Shown here: positions 13,921 to 26,681 of the stretch, piece by piece | Layout of the letters: each line of letters opens with the position of its first letter | Numbering within the stretch: position 1 is the first letter of the stretch | DNA from: Octopus vulgaris | Taxonomy: Eukaryota | Length of the DNA: 64,000 bases | Assembly (NCBI GenBank): GCA_951406725.2 | Contig: OX597821.1 | Span: 24,614,001-24,678,000 of the forward strand | Reading direction: 5' to 3' | Position numbers and translations under genes: made by a program | The notes under the pieces: generated by a model | The model's database searches: none | Told to the model about the DNA's origin: nothing | The model's input: the letters and a program-made list of their open reading frames with translations, nothing else

Positions 13921-14389
13921 ATATGTGAACGTGCTTATGTGTGTGTATGGTAATAATGACATCATTCAGTGTGTCTGTGCGTGTGTGTGTGTACGTCTGC
14001 GTGTGTATGCCTATATGTATGTGTGCGTTCGTGCCTTGTGTGTACTGTGTGTGCGTATAAAAGTATATTCTATGAACGTAAATGTTTTTGGCTGTATTCT
14101 TACATAAGAGTGTTACATTAAATTTTTCTGTTAAGAATTACGTAAAATATTTTGTCTATTACCAATCGATTTCATTGCTTTTATATATTGTTGTAGTAGT
14201 AGTTTCTACGCACATGAACTAGTTATTCTGACATAATAGCCTTCATCAAATACCTGTATGTCTGTATGTAGGTATGTGTGTGCATGCGTGTGTGTGTGTG
14301 TGCGCGCGTGTGTTTGTGTATGTGTCTGAGCGCTGGTGCGCCTGCGTGCCTGTATAGTATGTGTGTATGTATATATATATAAATATATA

Positions 14390-14487
<98 letters not shown>

Positions 14488-14574
14488 CATATATATATTA
14501 ATGAATATCAGGATAACGGAGATTTGCTCATCCGAGTTTTATTATACATTATTATTAACATAGTTCTTCGCTTA

Positions 14575-14668
14575 GACCTACGCACGTTTCTGCTGCAGGC
14601 CACTGCACACTGTTAACCGTGCAACCGTGCATTTTGGTGTTGATTATCACTACAACTTCATCAGGGTC
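14575..14668 (-). ncRNA. type I minimal hammerhead ribozyme motif in a Penelope-type terminal repeat relic
   Basis: GACC-CTGATGA-A-GTTGTAG...CTGCAGC-A-GAAAC-GTGC-GTA-GGTC: stem I, core, stem II, minimal stem III and GUA site. Confidence 0.65.
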
Positions 14669-15309
14669 GTCTCTTACTGTTGTTCAGATATCATCTGAGG
14701 AGACTATAAGATTGACCAAAATTATTTCCTTATGAGGTATTAGCGTTACTATAAACTAAAGTTCACGGGATATATGAAAATTCATAAGGTACCTCATATA
14801 TCTTTCCTACCCTCTCATTGAGATTTCGCCTAATACAATGATTTAATTATTGTAATTTCATCTTTTAGGCTAAATTGGAACATCAGTAAGAGAATGTGTT
14901 GGATTTTGGCAGATAATAAATTGTGATGACGCTTCATCTCCATTTTCTAAATTTTCTTTTGAATATTTATAGACCAGGATTTATATTTAGACTTATTACG
15001 TTATGAATATTATTATTCACAAAAAGTACTAGGCAATGAACCAGTAATTCATTGGTTATTACTAGTCCTTAATGAGGTTACTTTATCCTCTAATTGAATT
15101 GATTATATATATAATAAAACGATCATTTTCACATTAACTAAATGTGGGTATGTGTGTGTGTGCATGGTACATATATTTTATTTATATCTAATAAATATGT
15201 GATTTGGTATCACTGCGCGGTACTTGGGTCAAGAGTTCTTTCTACTATAACATTGCATTGAATGAATCCTTCATAAGTAAAATTTGGTAAACAGTATACA
15301 TTCGTCGTG

Positions 15310-15387
<78 letters not shown>

Positions 15388-16069
15388 AACAGAAACACAT
15401 AGGCTTTCTTTTATTTATTTAATTATTTTTTTCTTTAACTTCAGTCACAAGACTTTTCTGTTCGATTATCGAACTTTATTGAAGCGCTGAGTTATGGGAC
15501 ATGAGCATTACATGCCGATTTACACACACACAAACTTTACATACACACAAACTCACTCACACACACAAACACACTCACACACACAAACACACACATGCAC
15601 GCACACACAAGCATATATGTATGTACATATGTATGTATACATGTACGTATGTATACATGTATGCGTACATGCTTGTTTGTATACACATGTATTTAGCGGA
15701 AGGTATGTGTGTGTGTCTGCGGCGTGTGTGTGTGTGTGTATGTGTGTGTGTGCATGTGTGCGCGCGCTTGTGCTAGAAGCGGTCATATAGTGTTTATAGA
15801 ACAGTTGTTTCGTTATTCCCAATACTTTTGTTGTTGTAGGCGACGAAATTGATGATGATGATGATGAGGAGGAGGAGGAGGAGGAGGAGGAGGAGGAGGA
15901 TGTTGCTGTTGTTGTCTCACTTGAAGTGAATTAATCTCTTCATCTCAAAAACTCAATCGTGTGTCAATCAGGACCTTTTATAATAATTAACCACACACAA
16001 ACATACATACATACACACACACACACACATACACACACACACAGAGCTTAAATCATGTCCATTACGGCA

Positions 16070-16103
<34 letters not shown>

Positions 16104-16697
16104 TCCTTTCATTTTCTCTTCCCTCATCCTCTCCCTCTTCCTATCTTCTCCTTCTCTATTTCTTCTATTAAGTTACCCCTATATATTTCAGCCGCTATTT
16201 TCAACCTCAGACTTTAGTATAAACCAAAACTCAGCCTCCAGCTCTAAACATCTCCAAACTTACTCTTCTTCATCTTCGAAGCTGAAAACATCAAAATACA
16301 TCACATGGTCACTCCTTCCCACCTTCCTCTTTCTTCCTTCATTTTCTCTTCTCTTCATTCTTTCTGTCTTCTCTTTCCTTCTCTTTCTTTGTATTCTATT
16401 TTTATTGTGTATCATACTCTTTTTCTTCCTGTCTTCCGTTCTTTCAGTTTTCTTCCTTTTTTTTTTCCTAACTTCCTATTGTTCTTAATAAAGTTGTTAT
16501 ACATACGTATTGTTTCTACTGAAAATGTTTTGTAGTTATGATTGCTATTGTTGTTGTTGTTAGTGCTGTTAATGAACTTTGGCCATCTCTTTGATCATAT
16601 CGCCGCCTTTACTTCAAATTTCTACCCACATATGCCCCTATATATCCAAGTACGTACACACACACACACACACAAGCACACAACATACAAATATGAC

Positions 16698-16781
<84 letters not shown>

Positions 16782-17176
16782 CGGCGTGCGTGTAAACAAC
16801 AGCTTAATATCGAAAAGAACAGCCCCACGGCCTAGATTCGATCCCCATATATATCGTTTGTCGGCCAACCACGCAGCCGCAGACACCGTGTGCGGTAATC
16901 AGTTACGCGCTCCTCCGGCAAACATTACACACGGGGTTCGTGTTCACTCAGTGACTTAGTTGTACCCTGTTAATGTTAAATTATCCTTCTTGATGTTTAA
17001 GTCCCTACTCCAAACATAAAATCTGACTGAACAGACGTATGATCGAAGGCCTTCCAGCCGTGGCATCCCAATTTTATTTCAATATATCCAATATATCCTT
17101 ACTTTGTGATACCAAGGAAATTTGACTGCATTTTCTTGTGGTTCGAGCAAGATGTGGATACCCGTTTTTGTATACT

Positions 17177-17297
<121 letters not shown>

Positions 17298-17385
17298 CGC
17301 GTTCATACATACACGGATGTATGTATGTAGTTAAGCATGTACATGTGCATGTGTGTGTGTGTGTATATATATATGTCCTGTACTC

Positions 17386-17463
<78 letters not shown>

Positions 17464-17480
17464 TGTATATATACATGTGT

Positions 17481-17871
17481 GGAGGCGCAATGGCCCAGTG
17501 GTTAGGGCAGCGGACTCGCGGTCGTAGGATCGCGGTTTCGATTCCCAGACTGGGCGTTTTGAGTGTTTATTGAGCGAAAACACCTAAAAGCTCCACGATG
17601 CTCCGGCAGGAATGGTGGTGATCCCTGCTGTACTCTTTCACCACAACTTTCTCTCACTCTTACTTCCTGTTTCTGTTGTACCTGTATTTCAAAGGGCCGG
17701 CCTTGTCACTCTCTGTGTCACGCTGAATATCCCCGAGAACTACGCTAAGGGTACACGTGTCTGTGGAGTGCTCAGCCACTTACACGTTAATTTCACGAGC
17801 AGGCTGTTCCGTTGATCGGATCAACCGGAACCCTCGTCGTCGTAACCGACAGAGTGCTTCCATTCCATTCC
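17481..17871 (+). mobile_element. tRNA-derived SINE family C with (TTCCA)n tail
   Basis: tRNA-like head GGCGCAATGGCCCAGTGGTTAGGGCAGCGGACTCGCGGTCGTAGGATCGCGGTTTCGATTCC followed by a unique body and a short tandem tail. Confidence 0.75.
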
Positions 17872-17974
17872 ATATATACATGTAGATGTAGGTACGTACA
17901 TGTATGTATGTATGCATATATTTTATTTATTACATTATATATATATGCATAGGCAATTCCTCGTATTTTATTAT

Positions 17975-18388
17975 TTCTTTATTGCGTACAAGGGGTTAAA
18001 CATAGAGGGGACAAACAAGGACAGACAAACGGATTAAGTCGATTACATCGACCCCAGTGCGTAACTGGTACTTAATTTATCGACCCCGAAAGGCTGAAAG
18101 GCAAAGTCGACCTCGGAGGAATTTGAACTCAGAACTTAACGGCAGACGAAATACCTATTTCTTTATTACCCACAAGGGGCTAAACATAGAGGGGACAAAC
18201 AAGGACAGACATAGGTATTAAGTCGATTACATCGACCCCAGTGCGGAACTGGTATTTAATTTATCGACCCCGAAAGGATGAAAGGCAAAGTCAACCTCGG
18301 CGGAATTTGAACTCACAACGTAACGACAGACGAAATACCGCTAAGCATTTTATCCGGCGTGCTAACGTTTCTGCCAGCTCGCCGCCTT
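17975..18388 (-). mobile_element. SINE family B with tandem duplication of its 3' two-thirds
   Basis: Full copy at 18156-18388 plus a 5'-truncated copy at 17975-18152. Confidence 0.85.
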
Positions 18389-18698
18389 AATTCCTCGTAT
18401 TTTTCGTGGCTAATTTCATGATTCGGCTGATGGCAAAATTTACTTGTGTGTGTGTGTGTGTGCGTGTGTGTGCGTGTGCGTGTGTGTGTGTGTGCTAACT
18501 AGTCACACATGAAACATAGAATATCTTAATTCGTGTAAGCGAAGCATTTATCCACTGAGAGTGCTCTACATCATATTAAGTTTGTTGGGTTATGTCTATT
18601 GTCTACATCAATTCAATTAAACGGAAAGAACGAATATTCTTCTATTGTTTTATCCTTTGTCATGTTTCAGCCCTAAGGCTGTGGCCATGCTGGAGCAG

Positions 18699-18762
<64 letters not shown>

Positions 18763-18808
18763 CAAACTCATACATGGATAAATAGATAGATAGATAGATA
18801 GATTGATT

Positions 18809-18864
<56 letters not shown>

Positions 18865-18902
18865 TGTAGACATATTTATATAGACTTTTATCTATCTATC
18901 TA

Positions 18903-19000
<98 letters not shown>

Positions 19001-19129
19001 AACGAGGAATGATGATATCTTGTTTAAGCGTAATATCCCTGGCCGAAAGATTTCCCAATCAGGACACAACTGTAGTTGTGTGGTCATGTGTCGCGAATGA
19101 ATGATCACAGAATCCCAAAGCAAGTCTTT

Positions 19130-19515
19130 TATGGACGACTAAAAGAAACTCACTACGCAAGATTATGGTATAAAAACAAATATAAGGATAATTTAAAACG
19201 TCTCAACATAGAAAGCAATGACTAGGAGGATATTGCGAACAAAAAATCCCGAAGTGACTGGAGAAGACGGAGTCATATAGGACTGGTAAACCTTGAAGCA
19301 CAAAGAATCCATCGCCAAAACCAGGGGCATGAAAACTGAAAGTGAAATGGTCAAACGAAGAATAACTTTACAAACCATTATTGGCCTAAGTGCGACTTCG
19401 CTGCCAGGTCAAATGCTGGATTTTCTAGCCGTCTCCGGGCTGACATGCTAAACTTGTAATCGATTTTGTAAAGCGCCTTCACAACTGAAAATACATATGC
19501 GTACTCATCAAACTG
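19130..19515 (+). mobile_element. RTE-like LINE 3' fragment with C2H2 fingers
   Basis: KYKDNLKRLNIE..D*EDIA...W..; KCDFAARSNAG; TCNRFCKAPSQLKIHMRTH. Confidence 0.6.
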
Positions 19516-19956
19516 CATTAATTTTTGGTACATATTAAAACTGCAGATAATGATTTCTTTTATCTGCCATAAGGGCCCAGGACATGGAAGACGATATCAA
19601 AGGACGAGATACAGCACACAAAATAGGTGGCGTTTATACCGATCAAAGAGAGACACTACAAGATTAAAGGATGTAGCAAAGTATATATAAATAGAAGTTA
19701 GAGAAAAAATTATTATAAATAATCAGACCAAATTAACTTTTGTAGAATTTTTATCTACGGATAATGTGTTTTTCTGTGCCATTTTGTGTTTGTACCTTGC
19801 GACTTTTCAGTTCATTTGTTTGGATGTTTTCCTCTTCTTGATCCTTCGTTTGTTAGAGATGCTTCTGTTCTCGTTAAAGAGCACCCATACGTCGTTTTCG
19901 ACAAGACACCCATCATACATGTTTCTGTGATGCGCACATGCATGCGCGTGTTCTTG

Positions 19957-20029
<73 letters not shown>

Positions 20030-20138
20030 GTCTGTCTGTCTGTCCGTCTGTCTGTCTGTCTGTCTACCTGCTTGCATATCTCTCTCTCCCTCCCTCCCTC
20101 CCTCTCTCCCCCCTCCCCCCTCTCTCTTTCAATATATG

Positions 20139-21310
20139 TACAATGGTACTTTCACTTACGAGTATCCCAACTAACAAGTTTTTCGAGATACGAGCAGTCA
20201 CTCGACCGATATTTTACTTTGAGTTGCGAGCTTAAAATTCGGATTACGACCCCTCTGCTAGTTAGCGTAGCGAACGCCATAATGAACGCCGTAACATCCG
20301 CCCAGTGTCCTGTGTCTTGCTCGATAGCAAGACAAACATGCGCGTTAGTAAGTGCGAAGATCGTTGGTGGATTTATTAGCTAGACGGGTGGTAAAATGCT
20401 TACTTAGTCGTTGCAGGCTACAGAAGCATCATTGTTGTGCTTGCAATTGTGCTTGCAGTTATTTTGCAAAACTTCGTTTTTCCAACCATGGGTCCGGAGA
20501 AAGAGAGAGCGGACAGTGCTGAGAAGAAAAAGAAACGGATGATGTGAATTGAATTAAGGAAAGAAATTATTGAAAAACATGACAAAGGTGTGTCTGTGAA
20601 GTCGACTTGGCGAAGAAGTATGAGCGAACTTCTACGATCTGCACCATGTGAAAGCAGAAGGAATCGATAAAGGTTATAACACCAGCCAAGGGCGTTAAAA
20701 TGATTTCTAAACAGCGGACATCTATCCATAAAAATATGGAGAATCAACTCGCAGGAGATACCGTGACGGAGGCTATAATCTGCGAGAAGGCACAAGCTAT
20801 TTACGCTGATTTGCTGCAGTAGACCTCAGGCACTTGTACGGTCGAGGCATCGGGCAAGCCGTTGAAAGCTAGTTGGAGCTGGTTCGAGAATTTTAAAAAG
20901 AGGACCGGCATTCACTCCCTTGTCAGACATAGTGAGGCAGCGAGCACGGATATGAAAGCATCTGAGGATTACCTCAAAACTTTTGCCGAAATCATAGCAG
21001 CCGAAGGATAAATTCCCCAGCAAGTCTTCAACTGCGATGAGACAGGACATTTTGGGAAGAAGATGTCAAGGATGACTTACACAACGGCAGAGGAGAAGAG
21101 GATGCCAGGCCACAAACCCATGAATGATAGGCTAACCCTTGCACTGTGCGCCAATGCGATCGGCGACTGCAAGATTAAGCTTGTTTATCATTTGGAAAAC
21201 CCCAGAGCCTCTAAGACACATAAGATTCTGAAAGAAAAACTGCTGGTTGTGTGGAGGAAAAACCCGAGGGCGTGGGTCACCAAGCAGTTCTTTGGTGAGT
21301 GGATAGTGAA
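20139..21310 (+). mobile_element. Tigger/pogo (TIGD1-like) transposase pseudogene
   Basis: TA|CAATGGTACTTTCACTTACGAG terminus; IELRKEIIEKHDKG, ASWSWFENFKKRTGIH, QQVFNCDETG, PGHKPMNDRLTLALCANA, with stops and frameshifts. Confidence 0.88.
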
Positions 21311-21904
21311 ATTTTTTTTTAATCGAACTAAGTTATTTTTTATATATCACCTATCACTTAACGCATGCGCATAGGTGCAATTCAGTGAAATATTCTCTCT
21401 TATGTACGTGGCAGATATATGCAATTCAAATAACAGTTGTATCCTATGTACGGGATATTTTCTATGGGAAAAATGGGAAAATGAGAGTGAGTATTTATTT
21501 TATGAAAACTGTGCATAAAGTAATCATCGTTTTCCATTTTCTTTCACTTTTCAGTGAGTAGCAGACGAGCGACTATCTTCCCATACACACACAACACAGA
21601 CTACGCTATTTTTGGATAAAGCTTTCAGAAATAACCCAATATGTTTACCATTAATTCCGTGAGATATTAACGAGTCACACTAGTATATATAATATTGCAT
21701 AGCTGTTATCGAGATTAAGCTTTCTTCCCTTATGTGAAATCTACAGTCTAAGACAAGGTCGTTTTGAAATATAAGGAATTTGTTTATAATATGTCATGTT
21801 AGTTATCATCACATTACGCTGCTAAACACTCAAATTTCTTCTATACAATTTAAACGAAAACATCAGTTCTTATATACAATATGTATTCTATTTTAACTTC
21901 TGTA

Positions 21905-22310
21905 GTATCCATCCATCTTCTCCGACCGCAATTCCTAGGAGGGTCATTATGGGCAGATTCCTCAGGCATCTCCTTAGGGTCCTACTAGAAGCAACTAACA
22001 TTGTGTTTTCTGGCCGGATTCCCGGGCATGACCAGCTGATACTATCGATATTAACCAACCATCTCGTTCTTGGTCTACCCCTAGATCTCCTAACGGTTGC
22101 CTCGATTTAAAAAAAATCTGTCTAGCGGTTCTTTCCTGCGATATTCTAATCCTATGTCTGTAATACCAGAGCTCTAATCCCTGCTGCTCAAGAGTAAGCA
22201 TTAAGAATCAATTACATCAAACGCAGAATAGACAACTTATCAGAAAGTGATAAGTGCAGAATTTGTGGACAAAATGATGAAACCGTATGGCATATTACCA
22301 GTCAATGTGA
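21905..22310. mobile_element. adjacent LINE scraps: RTE-type 3' end (minus) and R4/Dong CCHC fragment (plus)
   Basis: Plus strand AAQE*ALRINYIKRRID...CRICGQNDETVWHITSQC. Minus strand ERTARQIF followed by a frameshifted RPRTRW-like segment. Confidence 0.6.
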
Positions 22311-22666
22311 AGAATTAGCAGCCCGATATGGAGAGACTCACTGATCTCGGATCCACAGGTCCTGTCGCGTAACTTAACGCTAGAGATCCTTCGCAGGAAT
22401 CCCATTGCGACCGACTGTATTTGTGATCGAAGTCGTTCGATTATCACTCAATATTCCTGACCATTGGTGAGAGTAAACTGGAAAACTGGAATTGAAGGTA
22501 GAGAGTTTCGCATTTTATTTTCGGCAGCCTCTCAAGAGGTACTTATTCTATCAGTTCTTTTTTGCCAAACTACTAAGTTATGGGGCGTAAAAAACCAACA
22601 CTGGTTGTCAAGCAGCATGGAAACAGACACAAGCACAAAGACACACACACATAATACGTACATATA

Positions 22667-22773
<107 letters not shown>

Positions 22774-23115
22774 ATATACACACACACACATTTGTAATTA
22801 CGTACTCTCTGTATATCACACTAATGAGGCAGAGTATATTTTTATACAGAGCCAGAAATCCGAATCTGGGATAATCTAATCATTTTTTACTAGATTATTT
22901 GTCTATTTGTCTTTTCACCTTGTGCTGTATGAATACATGAAGTGGTTTGAGAGTCAAGTTTTGACTGCTATCTCTAGCATGGTGGTATCTTAGATACCCT
23001 TAATTATAATCTTAATAATAATAATTAATACCTATACGGTTTTTATTCCCATGCTGGCCACTTGATGTGATCGGTATTTTAAATAACGATCTTATCCTTA
23101 TACCTTATATATATA

Positions 23116-23323
23116 TACTCTTTACTCTTTACTCTTTTACTTGTTTCAGTCATTTGACTGCGGCCATGCTGGAGCACCGCCTTTAGTCGAGCAACTCGAC
23201 CCCGGGACTTATTCTTTGTAAGCCCAGTACTTATTCTATCGGTCTCTTTTGCCGAACCGCTAAGTAACGGGGACGTAAACACACCAGCATCGGTTGTCAA
23301 GCAATGCTAGGGGGACAAACACA

Positions 23324-23399
<76 letters not shown>

Positions 23400-23760
23400 C
23401 GACAGGCTTCTTTTAGTTTCCGTCTACCAAATCCACTCACAAGGCATTGGTCGGCCCGGGGCTATAGCAGAAGACACTTGCCCAAGATGCCACGCAGTGG
23501 GACTGAACCCGGAATCATGTGGTTGGTAAGCAAACTACTTACCATATATATATATATACATATGCATGTACATATACATATATACATACTACGGTCTTTT
23601 TTCAGTTTCCGTCAACCAAATTCACTCTCAAGTCTTTAGTCAGCCAAGGACTATAGCAGAAGACACTTACCCAAGGTGTCACGAAGTGGGAATGAACCCG
23701 AAGCCATGTGAAATCATATGATTAGAAAGCAAACTTGTGAGCATCACGCTTTGCCTGCAC
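23116..23760 (-). mobile_element. SINE family A near-full copy (23116-23545) plus an older second head (23590-23760)
   Basis: Near identity to 378-782, with a (CTTTTACT)n tail. Confidence 0.85.
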
Positions 23761-24530
23761 TCATAGATAGATATGTTCTACACTTCAAGTTTAACTCTAA
23801 ATATCTAGTAAACGTTAGTGTATCAGGCCTAATATAGACAATTTATCTATTGCTCTATCCACTAGGGGCACCAAGTTAGCTGCTTCTTCAGAATTGTATT
23901 CTATGAATACGTCATTTTGAGTTAACATTTATTGTCCAGGCCAACATGTAAACAAGAATAAAACTGGCTGCAAAATTCGATCCAGAATACACCGTAATTC
24001 CTCATCGATTTGATGCCTACTCGCACGTCTGTACTTATGCACTCCTGCACTCCACCTCAATGTGTTTATCTTTGAGAGGCTCTGCCTGTTTTTAAAGCTG
24101 TGTTACTATCATGAAAAGAAACACACTGACCAAAGGCTTGGCTGGTGTGTTAGTTGCTAGGAGGAGACACCACGCCGAATTCAGGAAAAAAGTAGAGAAG
24201 GCAAGATCAAACTTAGGCAATGACACATAAATAAAACTTGAATCAATTCAGATCTAAACGAACCGGCTATGGAATGGAAACCGGGCAACTGGAGCTGGTA
24301 CCTGCAGTTGGCTTCCCCCTTTACCTGTCTGCTTCTGCCTTGCTCTCATTCTCTTTCTCTTTTTCTCCTTATGTTTTATAAGGGGGGACTTCAGATTGGT
24401 GTAATAATAAAGAGAAAAAATGCGTTGATTCAATGGAAGGTAATCTAGTCAAAGGGCAAAGGTCATCTGAAAGTATGTATTGAAAAAGATCTTGATACAC
24501 GTGACCATCGTCATGCATAGTGTCTCTCTA

Positions 24531-24585
<55 letters not shown>

Positions 24586-25430
24586 TTGCAAGCCTTTTTT
24601 GTTAAGAAGGAAATAATGATGTTTGTACTAAGATTCTTGTCTCGAGAGTCTACGTGGAGTGTGCTTTAGCGAAGGGTTTGTTCTGTCGTTGATCTAGAAG
24701 CAAAGTGTAGATTGTTCGATTTGAGAGACGGTTGCGACCCAAGAGAAATATCTAAAGAAGTAGAAGTAGCAGAAAATAAATTAAAGAAATACAAGGTAGA
24801 TAAGGGTTTGGGAAAAGGACTTTGCCCCTTTGATGATGCTGGCGCTGCACAGTTTACTTTTAAATGTGCATCAGTTGAACAACTACAATATTAACAATAA
24901 CAGCAGCGATAACTTCCACCACCACCACCACAACAACAGCAAAAACTGCAATAACAACAACAACAACAATAATAATAATAATAATAAATATAGTTGGCAT
25001 TGGCGTGAACCTCGGTACAGTCTTTTTGAATTAACAGATGTTTGTAAGATGAGGGAACAAGCAAGTTTCTCTTTTTCGCTCAGCCAGCAAGGTTTTTTTT
25101 TTTTATATATATATATAAATATTGTTCTCCCTCACAAATGATACATAGATGAGAAGATAAGAGAGGGAAGAAGAAATGAAAGAAGAAATAAAGAAGACAA
25201 GAAGACCGAAATGTTGCTTAGCTCCTTTCCTAATCTACAGCTGCAAATAGTTGCTCGTACAACACGTGACTTGAACACGTGGACCTTTCTGAAGATACGT
25301 TGCCGCCATTACAAGTAGCTTTGACCAAGCCAGTGTTGTATAATACTAATTTCTTACATAATTTTCGTGTTTTTCAATGTTTTTTTTTGTTTTTCTTTCA
25401 AGCTCTGCATGACTACTGCTGCTGCTGCTG

Positions 25431-25493
<63 letters not shown>

Positions 25494-25700
25494 AGTTGGC
25501 AGAATCGTTAGCACGCCAGGCGAAAATGTTTAGCGGTATTTCGTCTGTCTTCGTGTTCTGAGTTCAAATTCCGTCGAGGTCGACTTTGCCTTTCATTCTT
25601 TCAGGTTCGATAAATTAGGTACCAGTTGCGTACTGGGTGGATCTAATCGACTGAACCCCTCCCCCGAATTTCAGGCCTTTTGCCTATAGTTGAAAGAATT
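25494..25700 (+). mobile_element. SINE family B
   Basis: Colinear with 11793-11955. Confidence 0.8.
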
Positions 25701-25752
25701 ATTATTGCTATTAGTGGTATTGTTGTTGTTGTTGTTGTTTTTGCTGTTGTTG

Positions 25753-25787
<35 letters not shown>

Positions 25788-25790
<3 letters not shown>

Positions 25791-26550
25791 TAGTTTTATT
25801 TTTATAGCGTGCTTTCACTTCACTACCGAGCGCAGCTCTGTGTGCCTTGGGTATGTGCTGTGATTTGTTGTGATGCTCTGATGGTTATTGTATGGAAAGT
25901 GTTCTGCGTAGGATGTGTGCAGTGCCTAGTAGTGCAATTTTCTGTATGTTATATGTGTTTGTAAGTCCTGGTGTTTTTGTTATGTATTTGTCTGAATATT
26001 TTTTTATCATGCCTAATGCACCTACTATGATAGGAATTGTTTCTGTTTTCAGGTTCCACATTCTAGTTACCTCTATTTCCAGGTCTTTGTATTTTGAGAG
26101 TTTCTCCATTTCTTTTAGAGACACGTTGTCATCTGCCGGTATTGATACATCAATTAGAAAGCATTTTTTTCTTCATGATCTCTGACAACTATATCTGGTC
26201 TGTTGGCCTTAATTTCTCTATCTGTGTGTATCGGCATATCCCAGAGTATGGTTGCTTTCTCGTTTTCTGTGACCTTTTCTGGTGTGTGCCTATACCATCT
26301 TTTTTCTGTTGTTATTCCATAATGTTGGCATAGCTTCCAATGTATGTAGGTTCCAACTCTGTCATGTCTGTGAATATATTCCTTCTTAGCCAGGACTGGG
26401 CAGCTAGAGATGATATGATTTATTGTTTCTTGTCCATCTCCACATATTCTGCAGTTACTTGTAATATTTCTTTTCATTACATGTTTTTGGTAATTTCTGG
26501 TGGGGAGGCTTTGGTCTTGTGCTGCAATTAAAAAATCCCTCTGTTTCTGC
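25788..26550 (-). mobile_element. young 5'-truncated R4/Dong-clade non-LTR retrotransposon (CCHC and REL endonuclease, 3' UTR)
   Basis: AAQDQSLPTRNY...CRICGDGQETINHIISSC...RHD...RPDIVV...(1-nt frameshift)...IDVSIPAD...KLSKYKDL...PIIVGALG; flanked on both sides by (TAA)n. Confidence 0.9.
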
Positions 26551-26606
<56 letters not shown>

Positions 26607-26681
26607 AATTATTATTATTATTGTTGTTGTTGTTATCATCATCATCGTCGTCGTCATCATCATCAGCATCATCATCATTAT

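Noticed and set aside
16812-16890. tRNA-like 3' half on the minus strand followed by a T-run
   Set aside because: The cloverleaf cannot be completed; probably a decayed SINE head or pseudogene.
17481-17560. tRNA-like sequence
   Set aside because: It is the head of a SINE: it continues into a 300-nt body and tandem tail, and the acceptor stem is imperfect.
20488-21374. Possible domesticated TIGD1/CENP-B-like gene
   Set aside because: Multiple stops and frameshifts, truncation and a retained TIR indicate a transposon fossil.
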